A DNA stretch of 54,187 nt from a bacterium (GTDB lineage: Bacteria; Patescibacteriota; Minisyncoccia; UBA6257; 2-01-FULL-56-20). The notes under the pieces are model-generated. The model was not told the DNA's origin and did no database searches. It worked only from the letters and a program-made list of their open reading frames with translations. The stretch is taken from NCBI GenBank assembly GCA_027310625.1, contig DAIDAM010000009.1, positions 1 to 54,187 on the forward strand, written 5' to 3'. The position numbers were made by a program, and so were the translations under genes. Of the stretch, positions 25,824-34,819 are shown one piece after another (position 1 is the first letter of the stretch; every line of letters begins with the position of its first letter).

Positions 25824-27047
25824 TTACGGAACGAAATACTTTAGAACGTTCTTGAAACTGAAACCGGAAACCGAAGACGGATGCCTGCGTTTCTCTCCGT
25901 CATAAGCCCAAAGGATGAGACCGAGGCAGTTGACGAATTCCGGGTCCTCAAACACATCCGCGAAATCTTCCCCTTCATTGCCCCATTCCTCGCGAAGGGT
26001 CATGCCTATCTGGCTTGTGAGTTTCAATTCTTGTTTTACAAGCTCCGCAAGTCCCGGGATTTTCGCTCCGCCGCCGACAAGAACCGCGCCGCCGGCAAGC
26101 TTTCCCGATTTCCCGAGCGCTTTCAGTTCATTATCAACCAGCTCCAGAATTTCGGCAAGACGGGCTTCTATTATTTCTGCGACGAACCGCCGCGACGCCG
26201 TCCCGCGTTCCTGCGGGGAAAACTTTTTGAGTTCTATAATTTCTTTCGAACTCACCTCTTTGGGGAATGCATGCCCGTAGTGAAGCTTAAGATTTTCGGC
26301 GGCGGCGACGGGAATTTTCAAACCGACAGCTATGTCGTTCGTTACGTTTCCCGCCCCAAAGGGAATGATTCCTGACGAGATGAGTTTATTATCCTCAAAG
26401 GCCGCGTATCCCGTCGTTCCGAAACCGATGTCTATGAGAACAACGCCGAGATTTTTTTCCATCTTCGTGAGAGCGCTTCTGCCCGCTATCAGAGGATTAA
26501 AAACCAATCCTCCTATCCTCCCGCCCGCTATCTCAATGGACCTTATAACGCTCCTTACGTGAGGGGCAAAAGCGTCGATTATCACCGAGTTCACTTCCAA
26601 GCGGCTGCCGCTCAAACCAACCGGTTCCATAATGTCGCCGACGCCGTCAACGACGAATTCGCGCGTAACGTTATGGATAATAAGCCTGTTTGTCGCCATG
26701 CTTACCGCTTGGCTTGAACTCACGACTTTTTCCACGTCTTCGCTGTATATTTCGCTGTCGGCTCTTGATATCGGAACTATGCCGCGCGAATTTTGCACCC
26801 GGATTTGCGGCGTGCCTATGTTCACGAAAACGGATTTCAATCCGCTCTTGTAATTCTTTTTCACTTCGCTGAAAAGACGCCCCACGGCGGGCGATGCCTC
26901 GCCCATCTCAATTACAACGCCCTTCCTTAAACCGGAAGACGGTTCTTTGAAGACCGAGCGCAAAACGGGCTTGCCGCCGCGGACTTCAGCCACGGCTGCC
27001 TTCAGAAGCGACGTCCCGATATCGAGCCCGACGATGAAGTTTGACAT
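25824..27047 (-). CDS. ftsA: Cell division protein FtsA
   Basis: VGLDIGTS, LIDIGFGTT, VTNDIA and VLVGGGAKI; directly upstream of ftsZ. Confidence 0.95.
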   Translation of the reverse strand: MSNFIVGLDIGTSLLKAAVAEVRGGKPVLRSVFKEPSSGLRKGVVIEMGEASPAVGRLFSEVKKNYKSGLKSVFVNIGTPQIRVQNSRGIVPISRADSEIYSEDVEKVVSSSQAVSMATNRLIIHNVTREFVVDGVGDIMEPVGLSGSRLEVNSVIIDAFAPHVRSVIRSIEIAGGRIGGLVFNPLIAGRSALTKMEKNLGVVLIDIGFGTTGYAAFEDNKLISSGIIPFGAGNVTNDIAVGLKIPVAAAENLKLHYGHAFPKEVSSKEIIELKKFSPQERGTASRRFVAEIIEARLAEILELVDNELKALGKSGKLAGGAVLVGGGAKIPGLAELVKQELKLTSQIGMTLREEWGNEGEDFADVFEDPEFVNCLGLILWAYDGEKRRHPSSVSGFSFKNVLKYFVP

Positions 27048-27084
27048 GTTAAAAAGTAATCAGTTATCAGTAAGATTCTGATGT

Positions 27085-27525
27085 CTAGTGTCTGATGTCT
27101 AGTGTCTCTAATACTTTCCTTTCCAGCTTCTCCATTTTCATCCTATCACTTTTTTTCTTGTGGTCATAGCCCAAAATGTGAAGAATGCCGTGGATAAGCA
27201 GAGGAATCAGGTTTTTGGTTTTGCCGCCAGTCAGGTCGGCGTTGAGATAAATTTCGCCGAGACGGCGCTTGCCTTTCTCGGGATGGGGCCAGCTAGCCGG
27301 TTCGCCGAAAGAAAGCACGTTTGCCGGCCCTTTTTCCCGCGGCAGAAATTTCTTTTTCAGGCGCCGCATCTCTTCGTCGCTAAGTAAAAAAATTTCCGCC
27401 CTGCCCCTCACCTTTTGGCATAAAAGGTGACGGTAAGTGCGGTTCTTTGTTTCAGAATGCGCTATTTTTATTACCTTTTTCCCAAGCCGCTCCAAATTTA
27501 ATAGAAGAACGCTTTTTTTTCTCAT
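27085..27525 (-). CDS. ybeY: rRNA maturation endoribonuclease YbeY
   Basis: NVLSF, LGEIY and HGILHILGYDH. Start reassigned to MRKKS. Confidence 0.92.
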   Translation of the reverse strand: MRKKSVLLLNLERLGKKVIKIAHSETKNRTYRHLLCQKVRGRAEIFLLSDEEMRRLKKKFLPREKGPANVLSFGEPASWPHPEKGKRRLGEIYLNADLTGGKTKNLIPLLIHGILHILGYDHKKKSDRMKMEKLERKVLETLDIRH

Positions 27526-27748
27526 TCCGGGTGGTACCTGCCTGCCGCAGGCAGGGAAATTCAACTTATCAATAATTATTTACAATACATTTGCAATTGC
27601 AATAAGCCGGCGGGCGAAAATCAGCCGCTATGCTATAGCATAGTGCTGTGCTTCAGCACGGCAATTGGATTTTTCCGCCAGAGGTGCCCATCTGCCGCCT
27701 GCCCGCCGGCAGAGCAGGGACGGGCAGGGACCTGCTTCAGGTACGACG

Positions 27749-28207
27749 CTACCCGGCATTCAGGGCGTTTCTAACGATCTCGCTTACAAGTTTGCCGTCC
27801 GCCCTTCCCTTTGTGACTTTTACCGCTTCTTTCATAAGAGAACCAAAATCATTAAGCCCTTTTGACTTGAGCTCCGAGACCAAAGCTTCTATTTCTCCTT
27901 TCGTCATTTGCGGCGGCAGGTAAGAATTTATGAAAGAGAGCTCTTTTATTTCTTTTTCCGCAAGGTCGTTGCGTCCGCCTTTTTTGAAAAGCTCCACGGC
28001 TTCGTTTCTCTTTTTGACTTCGCGCTGGATAACTTCAATCACTTCTTCGTCTGTCAAAACCGGCGCCTGCCCCGTGCTCCTTTTTTCTATTTCGCGATTG
28101 TGAATCAAAGAAAGAAGAAAGCGAAGAACATTCGCTTTATCCTTTTCGCCCTTCAAAAGCGAATTTTTCAAATCCGCTTCAAGTTTTTCTTTTAGACCGT
28201 TATCCAT
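27749..28207 (-). CDS. GatB/YqeY domain protein
   Basis: REVKKRNEAVELFKKGGRNDLAEKE, YLPPQM and KGRADGK. Confidence 0.92.
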   Translation of the reverse strand: MDNGLKEKLEADLKNSLLKGEKDKANVLRFLLSLIHNREIEKRSTGQAPVLTDEEVIEVIQREVKKRNEAVELFKKGGRNDLAEKEIKELSFINSYLPPQMTKGEIEALVSELKSKGLNDFGSLMKEAVKVTKGRADGKLVSEIVRNALNAG

Positions 28208-28209
28208 TT

Positions 28210-28291
28210 TTATCCGTATCAATCAGCTTTATCCGCATTTATCAGCGGTGCGACGTCTTGATATGTTATCGGAGTTTACAACGCTGATTTA
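28210..28291. repeat. 82-bp direct repeat, copy 1 (copy 2 at 29087-29168)
   Basis: Shared core ATTTATCAGCGGTGCGACGTCTTGATATGTTATCGRAGTTTACAACGCTGATTTA; 4 mismatches over 82 bp. Confidence 0.9.
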
Positions 28292-28370
28292 CCTGCCCGC
28301 CGAAGCCTCGGTGCAGGCGGATGCTGATTTCTGCGCCTGCCTGCCGCAGGCAGGGATTCATGCCGATGGG

Positions 28371-28589
28371 CTACAGCAAACCGAGTTTTCTCATTCTCTC
28401 CAGTTCCGCTCTTTTGTTTTCCCGGTGGATGGCGGAAAGGCGGCGCTGGCGTTTGCCGTGTGTCCTTTCGTGAAACTTTCTTTTGCGGAACTCCTTTATG
28501 ACCCCGCTCTGCTTCACCTTTTTGGAAAAACGATAAAGGAGGGCGCTTGCCGATTCGCCTCCTCTTTTTCTTACTCCTACCGATGGCAT
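28371..28589 (-). CDS. rpsU: 30S ribosomal protein S21
   Basis: V.VRK..GES...LLYRFSKKVKQSGVIKEFRKRKFHE; upstream of yqeY, the conserved context for rpsU. Confidence 0.8.
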   Translation of the reverse strand: MPSVGVRKRGGESASALLYRFSKKVKQSGVIKEFRKRKFHERTHGKRQRRLSAIHRENKRAELERMRKLGLL

Positions 28590-28656
28590 GTTAGTTTGAA
28601 TTATGAATACAGAATAATGAATAATGGACTTTTATTACAAAGATTTTTTGCATCAT

Positions 28657-29079
28657 TCATAATTCACTATTTTTTATTCTTCTTATTTTTTCTGCGACCT
28701 CTTTGACCGACCCGCCCGATTTATTGTCCACCACGGAGTGAATGGAACCGCCCTCATCGTCAAGGAATCTCGGAATGATGTGGATGTGAAGATGGTCGAT
28801 CACCTGCCCGCTCGCCTTCCCGTGATTTATCCCTATCGTAAAGCCGTCTGGTTTAAGCGCTTTCAGAAGAAGCGACGTCGTTTTTTTCACTGCCGAAAAA
28901 AGCGGCTGGAGTTCGTTATCCGGAACGTCAAGAATCGTTTCCGAGTGATTCTTGGGCACCACCATCGTGTGTCCGGGGGCGCGGGGATTGATGTCCAGAA
29001 TAGCGATATTCCCTTCGTCTTCGTAAATTGTTTCAGCCCCTATTTCCTTTCTGCATATTTTGCAAAAAAGACAATCCAT
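28657..29079 (-). CDS. HIT family nucleotide hydrolase
   Basis: DCLFCKI, DINPRAPGHTMVVPK and GQVIDHLHIHIIPR. Confidence 0.95.
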   Translation of the reverse strand: MDCLFCKICRKEIGAETIYEDEGNIAILDINPRAPGHTMVVPKNHSETILDVPDNELQPLFSAVKKTTSLLLKALKPDGFTIGINHGKASGQVIDHLHIHIIPRFLDDEGGSIHSVVDNKSGGSVKEVAEKIRRIKNSEL

Positions 29080-29086
29080 TGGTTTA

Positions 29087-29168
29087 TTATCCGCATCAAT
29101 CAGCTTCATCAGCATTTATCAGCGGTGCGACGTCTTGATATGTTATCGAAGTTTACAACGCTGATTTA
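29087..29168. repeat. 82-bp direct repeat, copy 2
   Basis: Matches 28210-28291. Confidence 0.9.
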
Positions 29169-29197
29169 TGCTGATTTTGGCGGATTTGTGCTGATTG

Positions 29198-30514
29198 CTA
29201 CTTATTTTTTCTCGCCAAGCGCTTTTTCACTTCCTCCACGATTGTATCCATTGGAACGCTTTCCTGCAAGTGCGTCTCCAAATCGCGGACAATTATGCTG
29301 TTCTCAAATATTTCTTTCTGGCCGAATATAAGAGCAAGTTTCACCCCTTCCCTGTCGGCCAGGCGCATCTGCGATTTCAAAGAATCGCGGCCGAGCGCTT
29401 CAGTCGCGGAGATTCCGGCGGAGCGGAGTTTCTCCAAAATGTTGAGAGATTTTTTCTTGGCCATTTCGCCGACATGCATCACGAAAACTTTTTTCGCAGA
29501 CCTGCGCGGTTGTTCAACGTCCTGCGCTTTCATTACTGCTATAAGCCGCTCAATGCCTGCCGCTCCGCCGACCGCGGGGGTCATCCTGCCTCCGAGCATT
29601 TCAATGAGGTAATCGTACCGCCCGCCGGCAGGAAGTGCGCCCACATCTGCCCCTGCGCCCTCGGTGAAAAATTCAAAGACGGTGCGGCTGTAGTAATCAA
29701 GGCCCCGCACCAAGGCGTTGTCTACCATGTAGGGAATTTTAAGTTCATCGAGATACTCAAAAACGCCTTTCAGGTGCGAAGTGCATGCGGCACAAAGCTT
29801 GTCCAAAAAATTCGGCGCGGACGCCTTGAGCTTGACGCAGTTCTCATTTTTGCAGTCAAGAAGGCGCAAAGGATTTATTTTTATTCTTTTTTGGCAATCG
29901 GGGCAGAGTTTTTTGTCTTTGTAATAGGACAGAAGCTGCTTTTTGTATATCGGCCTGCAAACTTTGCAGCCGATTGAATTTACTTTGAGAACTATGTTCT
30001 TGATTTTGAGTTTTTCAAGAAGGCGCTGGAATATAAGAATCACCTCCGCGTCGTATATCGGGTCGTTGCTGCCGCCGATTACCTCAAAACCCGCCTGATT
30101 GAATTGCCTGAATCGCCCCAGCTGCGGGCGTTCGTGCCTGAAAGCGGACCCCTTGTAAAAAAATTTCTGGAGCGAAGCGGAGCGCCCGAGATGGTGTTCT
30201 ATATATGCTCTCGCCACGGGCGCTGTCATTTCCGGCCTCAAAACAAGTTTATCCCCGTTCCTTCCTTTCACGAAATACATTTCTTTTCCGACGATGTCGG
30301 TATCCGTCCCCACTCCGCGTTCAAAAAGCTCCGCCCGCTCAAGAATGGGGGTTTCTATTCTGCTGAAATTGTAAAAATCGGCGAGCTCGTTCACCACGGA
30401 ATATATTTTTTCGTACCAGGGCCATTCCGACGGCAAAATGTCGTGCATTCCCTTCGGCGCCCGAAGCCCGTCTTTAATATTTTCTTTCTTTTTTTCTGAT
30501 TTTTTATTTTTCAT
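29198..30514 (-). CDS. hisS: Histidine--tRNA ligase
   Basis: PKGMHD, LRPEMTA, FRHERPQLGRFRQFNQ, LVRGLDYY and GGRYDYL. Confidence 0.97.
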   Translation of the reverse strand: MKNKKSEKKKENIKDGLRAPKGMHDILPSEWPWYEKIYSVVNELADFYNFSRIETPILERAELFERGVGTDTDIVGKEMYFVKGRNGDKLVLRPEMTAPVARAYIEHHLGRSASLQKFFYKGSAFRHERPQLGRFRQFNQAGFEVIGGSNDPIYDAEVILIFQRLLEKLKIKNIVLKVNSIGCKVCRPIYKKQLLSYYKDKKLCPDCQKRIKINPLRLLDCKNENCVKLKASAPNFLDKLCAACTSHLKGVFEYLDELKIPYMVDNALVRGLDYYSRTVFEFFTEGAGADVGALPAGGRYDYLIEMLGGRMTPAVGGAAGIERLIAVMKAQDVEQPRRSAKKVFVMHVGEMAKKKSLNILEKLRSAGISATEALGRDSLKSQMRLADREGVKLALIFGQKEIFENSIIVRDLETHLQESVPMDTIVEEVKKRLARKNK

Positions 30515-30558
30515 AAGAAAAACTTCTGATGTCTGATTTCTGATATCTGATGTCTTGA

Positions 30559-31107
30559 TTAATACGACGGAGCCGCAAAAACCTTTAACGAAACAGGCGG
30601 CCAAAGGCGGATTTGCACCAGCCCCACTATATCGTTCTTCGGAAGCACGCCCCAGTTTCTGGAATCAAAGCTGTAGGAACGGTTGTCCCCCAAAACGAAG
30701 TATGAGTTATCCGGAACCGTGAATGTGCCGCTTCCGATTATCGGATAACTCTTTGAAACATATCCTTCGTCAAGCGCGAATCCTTCTGTGTTGGAATCGT
30801 TGAAAATAGTTATTTTATTTTCCTTTACTTGCACCTTTTCGCCGGGAAGCCCGATGATTCTCTTTATGAAGTAAACGGACTCGTCTTTCGGATAACGGAA
30901 AACGACGACCTCTCCTCTTTCGGGAACTCTGAAGCGGTAAGTAAGCTCGTCAATCAAAAGATAGTCCCCGTCGGAAAAAGTCGGAACCATGCTTGAACCG
31001 CTCACCAGAAACGGCTGAACGACGTAACTCCTTATCAAAAAAACGGCCACGAAAGCGACTGCCGTAATTTCGACTATCTCAAGAATCGAGGAAAAGAAAT
31101 TTTTCAT
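30559..31107 (-). CDS. lepB: Signal peptidase I
   Basis: VSGSSMVPT, FIKRIIGLPGE and GDNRSYSFDSRNWG. Confidence 0.96.
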   Translation of the reverse strand: MKNFFSSILEIVEITAVAFVAVFLIRSYVVQPFLVSGSSMVPTFSDGDYLLIDELTYRFRVPERGEVVVFRYPKDESVYFIKRIIGLPGEKVQVKENKITIFNDSNTEGFALDEGYVSKSYPIIGSGTFTVPDNSYFVLGDNRSYSFDSRNWGVLPKNDIVGLVQIRLWPPVSLKVFAAPSY

Positions 31108-31189
31108 TTTTATTGTTGCGTAGGCGGTATTATAATGTGATAATTCTCCAACATCAAGTCGCCGTAAATTTTGCCGAAAACGCGCCGGA

Positions 31190-31753
31190 ATGGAAAAAAA
31201 TTTTTCCGAAAAAATGATAATCGGCCTCGGGAACCCGGGGCAAAAATACAAACACACTTACCACAATGCCGGGGCAATGATGGTTGATTTCCTTTCAAAA
31301 AAACTTGCTGGTGAATCGGGTCTTAAAAAAAGCAAGCGGAACGCGCTTTTTGAGGGCAAAGAAATTTCCGGGCTCGCCTTGGTAGCGCCCCTCACTTACA
31401 TGAACGAAAGCGGAAAAGCGGTGAAAATGGCGATAAAATCGTTCAAAATCAAGCCGCAGTCAATCATGGTCGCGCACGATGACAGCGACATAGCGCTCGG
31501 CGACTACAAAATGTCGTTCGGAAAAAATTCCGCCGGCCACCGCGGGGTGGAATCGGTGATTCAGAGTTTAGGTACGAAGGATTTTTGGCGGCTAAGAATA
31601 GGAGTTAGGCCGGAAGCGAGCAGAGACCAGAGACGAGGGACCAGAAAGAAAGCTGGTGAATTCGTCCTAAGAAAAATATCTTCTGGAGACAGGAAAATTT
31701 TAAACTCCGTTTTTGAGAGAGCTTCGGAGGAAATATTCGAGAGAATAATTTAG
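31190..31753 (+). CDS. pth: Peptidyl-tRNA hydrolase
   Basis: IGLGNPG..Y..TYHNAG, TYMNESG, HDDSD, AGHRGV and RLRIGV. Confidence 0.95.
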   Translation: MEKNFSEKMIIGLGNPGQKYKHTYHNAGAMMVDFLSKKLAGESGLKKSKRNALFEGKEISGLALVAPLTYMNESGKAVKMAIKSFKIKPQSIMVAHDDSDIALGDYKMSFGKNSAGHRGVESVIQSLGTKDFWRLRIGVRPEASRDQRRGTRKKAGEFVLRKISSGDRKILNSVFERASEEIFERII

Positions 31754-33258
31754 CGCTTCAGGGAAAAAGTTATCGTGAAAGAAAATCCTCTTTCGCTCTG
31801 CTTTATGTCCGAAAGATTGAGATTCACGGAAGTGAACGCGGGATTTTGAGAAAGGGCGTTTTTGAAACTAAGAATCTTTTCCTGGGATTCCGCTTCGCCG
31901 CTGAAGTCAATCGGCTGTTCTTCCGACTGAAAATACACTCTGTTGGCAACAATGCCGTTGATGTTCATCATCAGCGTAAGTTTATCTATAATGTCAGTTT
32001 TCGGCTTCATTGAACCTTGAATTTTTGAAAGAAGAGAAACAGATTTATTGAATTCTTTTATTTTTGACGAAATTGAAGCTATTTCAGCCGCCTGCTGCGG
32101 GTTCAAGCGCAAAGAGGACTGCGATTCCAGCGATTTACTCATGCTGCCCAAGAAAAGACGGGTGATGAACAAAAATACAACCAATATCGCAAGCGAAGAG
32201 GGAATAAGAATTCTCCAGAATCCGACAAAATCCATAATTCTTTGCTGGTAGAACTCTTCCTGAACAGTCATCCCGAAAAGATTTATGTCTTCGTCTTCCT
32301 CGCGCGGAGTTTCTCCGCGGACGGCGCTTCCCGCGACCTCATACCACTCCCTTTGAAGGGGCTGACCGAGATTAAACCTCAGTTCCGAGACGTTTACGGA
32401 AAAATTCTCGCTTATCGCCTTTGAAATTTCATTGACCAAAGTGCTGGAAGCAATAACAACCTCAGTGAGCGGTTCCGGCCAGTGGCTGCCGTAAAAATTA
32501 AGAACCTGGTGCAAATTTCTTTTTATCTCCTCTTCGAAGTTTTCCCAAGAAATCTCCTTTTCGTCGCCCTGAATGTCCTTCCACGACTGGAAATATTCAA
32601 AATGGAGATAGCCGAGGCGTATAACCATGAATCTCAATCCTCTGTCGTCAATGCTCAAAACCAAGAACGGTTTGTCCGTTCTGAAGTTCAATCCGTGTTC
32701 TCTTATAAGCCTCGTGAAAGAGAGTCCGCCGGACTCGACGGCAATCGCAAAAAACCCGGCCTCATTGAGCGCGTTCCGCAACATGTCAACGAACGCTTTC
32801 TGCGCAAAGGCGCTCAAAATTTCTATTTTGAGCTCGTTCTTGTTCTGGTTTATGAGCTGCCATCCGGCGTAGGCCTGCGACAAATCAAGCGGAGAAACCA
32901 TCTTAATGTTCAGCTGAATCGCCTCCTTCAGGTCCTTTTCTTCAACGAGCGGCAAACTGAAAACCTGCGTGTAAATGCGCACCGAACCGAGGGTCACTAT
33001 GACATCAATGATTTTTTTGTTTCCGAAATCCGCAGGTATCAGGCCTCGCAACTTTTGAAGCGCTTCCACCAGGAGTCCGTAATTTTTTATTTCTCCGTTT
33101 TCAATTATTCCGGTGGGCAGTCGGAGCGAGAGCGTTTTCAGTGAACCGCCTGCGAAATAAGCGAATCTGACGGCGGAATCGGAAATTTCCAATCCTCCTA
33201 TTTTGCTCTGCACGCGGAGAAAGGAAAGAATTTTTGTGAGCGCGTTTTTTAAGTTCAT
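31750..33258 (-). CDS. Type IV pilus assembly PilM-like (actin fold) fused to a PilN-like domain
   Basis: GGLEISDSAVRF, GIIENGEI, EDINL followed by a TM and a coiled-coil/ferredoxin-like C-terminus; in the pilus cluster. Confidence 0.75.
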   Translation of the reverse strand: MNLKNALTKILSFLRVQSKIGGLEISDSAVRFAYFAGGSLKTLSLRLPTGIIENGEIKNYGLLVEALQKLRGLIPADFGNKKIIDVIVTLGSVRIYTQVFSLPLVEEKDLKEAIQLNIKMVSPLDLSQAYAGWQLINQNKNELKIEILSAFAQKAFVDMLRNALNEAGFFAIAVESGGLSFTRLIREHGLNFRTDKPFLVLSIDDRGLRFMVIRLGYLHFEYFQSWKDIQGDEKEISWENFEEEIKRNLHQVLNFYGSHWPEPLTEVVIASSTLVNEISKAISENFSVNVSELRFNLGQPLQREWYEVAGSAVRGETPREEDEDINLFGMTVQEEFYQQRIMDFVGFWRILIPSSLAILVVFLFITRLFLGSMSKSLESQSSLRLNPQQAAEIASISSKIKEFNKSVSLLSKIQGSMKPKTDIIDKLTLMMNINGIVANRVYFQSEEQPIDFSGEAESQEKILSFKNALSQNPAFTSVNLNLSDIKQSERGFSFTITFSLKR

Positions 33259-33379
33259 CCCGTTAGAAACAGGGCGCCTTGGGCGACCGTAAACTTGCCG
33301 CTTCTGCGGTTATACGACTTTCTTTGCGAAATTATGAACATTTTTGCTGAAATCATGGTTAGGGCGTCTCTAACGGGAT
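33257..33379. mobile_element. MITE-like element (TIR ATCCCGTTAGA) at the pilM-like start codon
   Basis: ATCCCGTTAGAAAC...GTCTCTAACGGGAT, 123 bp, with the same internal hairpin position as the other copies. Confidence 0.75.
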
Positions 33380-33395
33380 TCGTATTTCGTAGCCA

Positions 33396-33830
33396 TCATA
33401 GCGTAAGAAGCTGCCAGGATAATACGCTTATCTCGCTCGTGGAACTGTTCACAGCAACGACAACCTGTATTTTTCTTTGCTGAAAAAAAACTGTCGCATT
33501 TGATATTATTTTTGCCTGCCCCGAGGACGGCGAATTCTGGGTAATGGTCACGCCCGCGGAATAGTTCCCGATGGGAACGGAATAAGTTGAAGCAAGGTCC
33601 TTGTTTCTTGCAAGACGCATAAGCGCGTCCTCGGCGCCGGCTGTCGCGACAGCCAGGGCGGCATTCGAAAACTGGAACCCGTAGCCGGAATTGAGAAAGC
33701 TTATCGCAATCACTGCAACGGCGACCCCGATGGAAAGCATTATCGTCCCGATAATGAAGACGAAAGAAATGGCGGTTTGTCCATTACGGGCGACCAGCGA
33801 CCAGTGACTAGTAAAAAGCTGTACTTCCAT
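33396..33830 (-). CDS. Minor pilin, PilX-like
   Basis: Class III-like signal RNG|QTAISFVFIIG, hydrophobic helix and A..GAEDALMRL motif. Confidence 0.7.
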   Translation of the reverse strand: MEVQLFTSHWSLVARNGQTAISFVFIIGTIMLSIGVAVAVIAISFLNSGYGFQFSNAALAVATAGAEDALMRLARNKDLASTYSVPIGNYSAGVTITQNSPSSGQAKIISNATVFFQQRKIQVVVAVNSSTSEISVLSWQLLTL

Positions 33831-33905
33831 AGAATTGTTGGTATCACAATTATACAACGAAAGAGATTTTCTGGTCTCTGGTCTCTGGTCTCTAAATTCT
33901 GTTGT

Positions 33906-34766
33906 TCACGGGCTCCAGTTCACAATCACGTCGTCCACTCTAGGACTTAAGCGCTGTGCCTGGTCGGAAACGAGAAAAATCCTGTAGCGGAAGTAGCGGG
34001 AGTTGTTGAAAAGCAAGTAATCAAGCCTGAGCGACGCGTCCGGTCCCGTGTTGTAGTAAGTGTTGCTCGTTCCATCCGTTCCCATATAGTTCCACGGCCC
34101 ACTTGAAGAATTGCTCACGGCGAACTGGAATCTCACCGCCGTGCCGGACGGAAGATCGCCGTGCCACAAAACGGAGTTGAGCTGGGCGCCGGTTATCACC
34201 CCTGTGTCGTAAGCCGTTGAGTCAAGCGTCATCACCGCGGAAGTTGCAACCCACGAAGTAAGAACTTTGTAGTTTGAAGTGCCGCAGCCGCCATTGTTGT
34301 CGCAGTTGAAACTTATCCAGCCGACCTGGTCGTTCCAGGCATAATTGTGGAAATTGCCGCTGCCGTCTATATAGACGCGGTAGTTTGACTGCGCGCAGCC
34401 GCCGTTATTGTTGCAGTCAAAGCTTATCCAGCCGTAAGTGTCGTTCCACCCCCAGCCGGTAAGGCTGCCCGAGCCGTCGTTCGTCACCCGGTAGTTGCTC
34501 TGGGAGCAAATGTTGCCCGCGGAAGTCGTGTGACAATCAAGTGAAATGTCGCCGGCGGAAGAGCTCGCGTATCCCGTCAAACCCTGCGAACTCACCGTTA
34601 TAGTGTTTGTGTTGTAAAAGTCCATCCAGCCGACGATGTCGTTCCACGCCCAGTGGCTGCTCGTATCGGAGCTGATATTCGTTGCCGCCTCGGCAAGAAA
34701 AACAAAAAGAAAAACATTCAGCCCGACGGCGAGAAAAAAAAGGGCTATCTTTTTAAAATCAAGCAT
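33906..34766 (-). CDS. Secreted pilus-associated protein with repeated (G/Y)WAWN..VGWISF motifs
   Basis: Signal peptide, internal repeats with Cys pairs and a C-terminal RYFRYR beta domain. Confidence 0.8.
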   Translation of the reverse strand: MLDFKKIALFFLAVGLNVFLFVFLAEAATNISSDTSSHWAWNDIVGWMDFYNTNTITVSSQGLTGYASSSAGDISLDCHTTSAGNICSQSNYRVTNDGSGSLTGWGWNDTYGWISFDCNNNGGCAQSNYRVYIDGSGNFHNYAWNDQVGWISFNCDNNGGCGTSNYKVLTSWVATSAVMTLDSTAYDTGVITGAQLNSVLWHGDLPSGTAVRFQFAVSNSSSGPWNYMGTDGTSNTYYNTGPDASLRLDYLLFNNSRYFRYRIFLVSDQAQRLSPRVDDVIVNWSP

Positions 34767-34819
34767 TTTAATTCAATTCGGGCTTGTCATTTGTTATTGT
34801 CAATTGTCGCCCGTTTTTC

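Noticed and set aside
27600-27748. SRP RNA or a small ribosomal protein gene between ybeY and yqeY
   Set aside because: No SRP domain IV motif and no credible ORF; the structure is explained by CCTGCC/GGCAGG-type hairpins.
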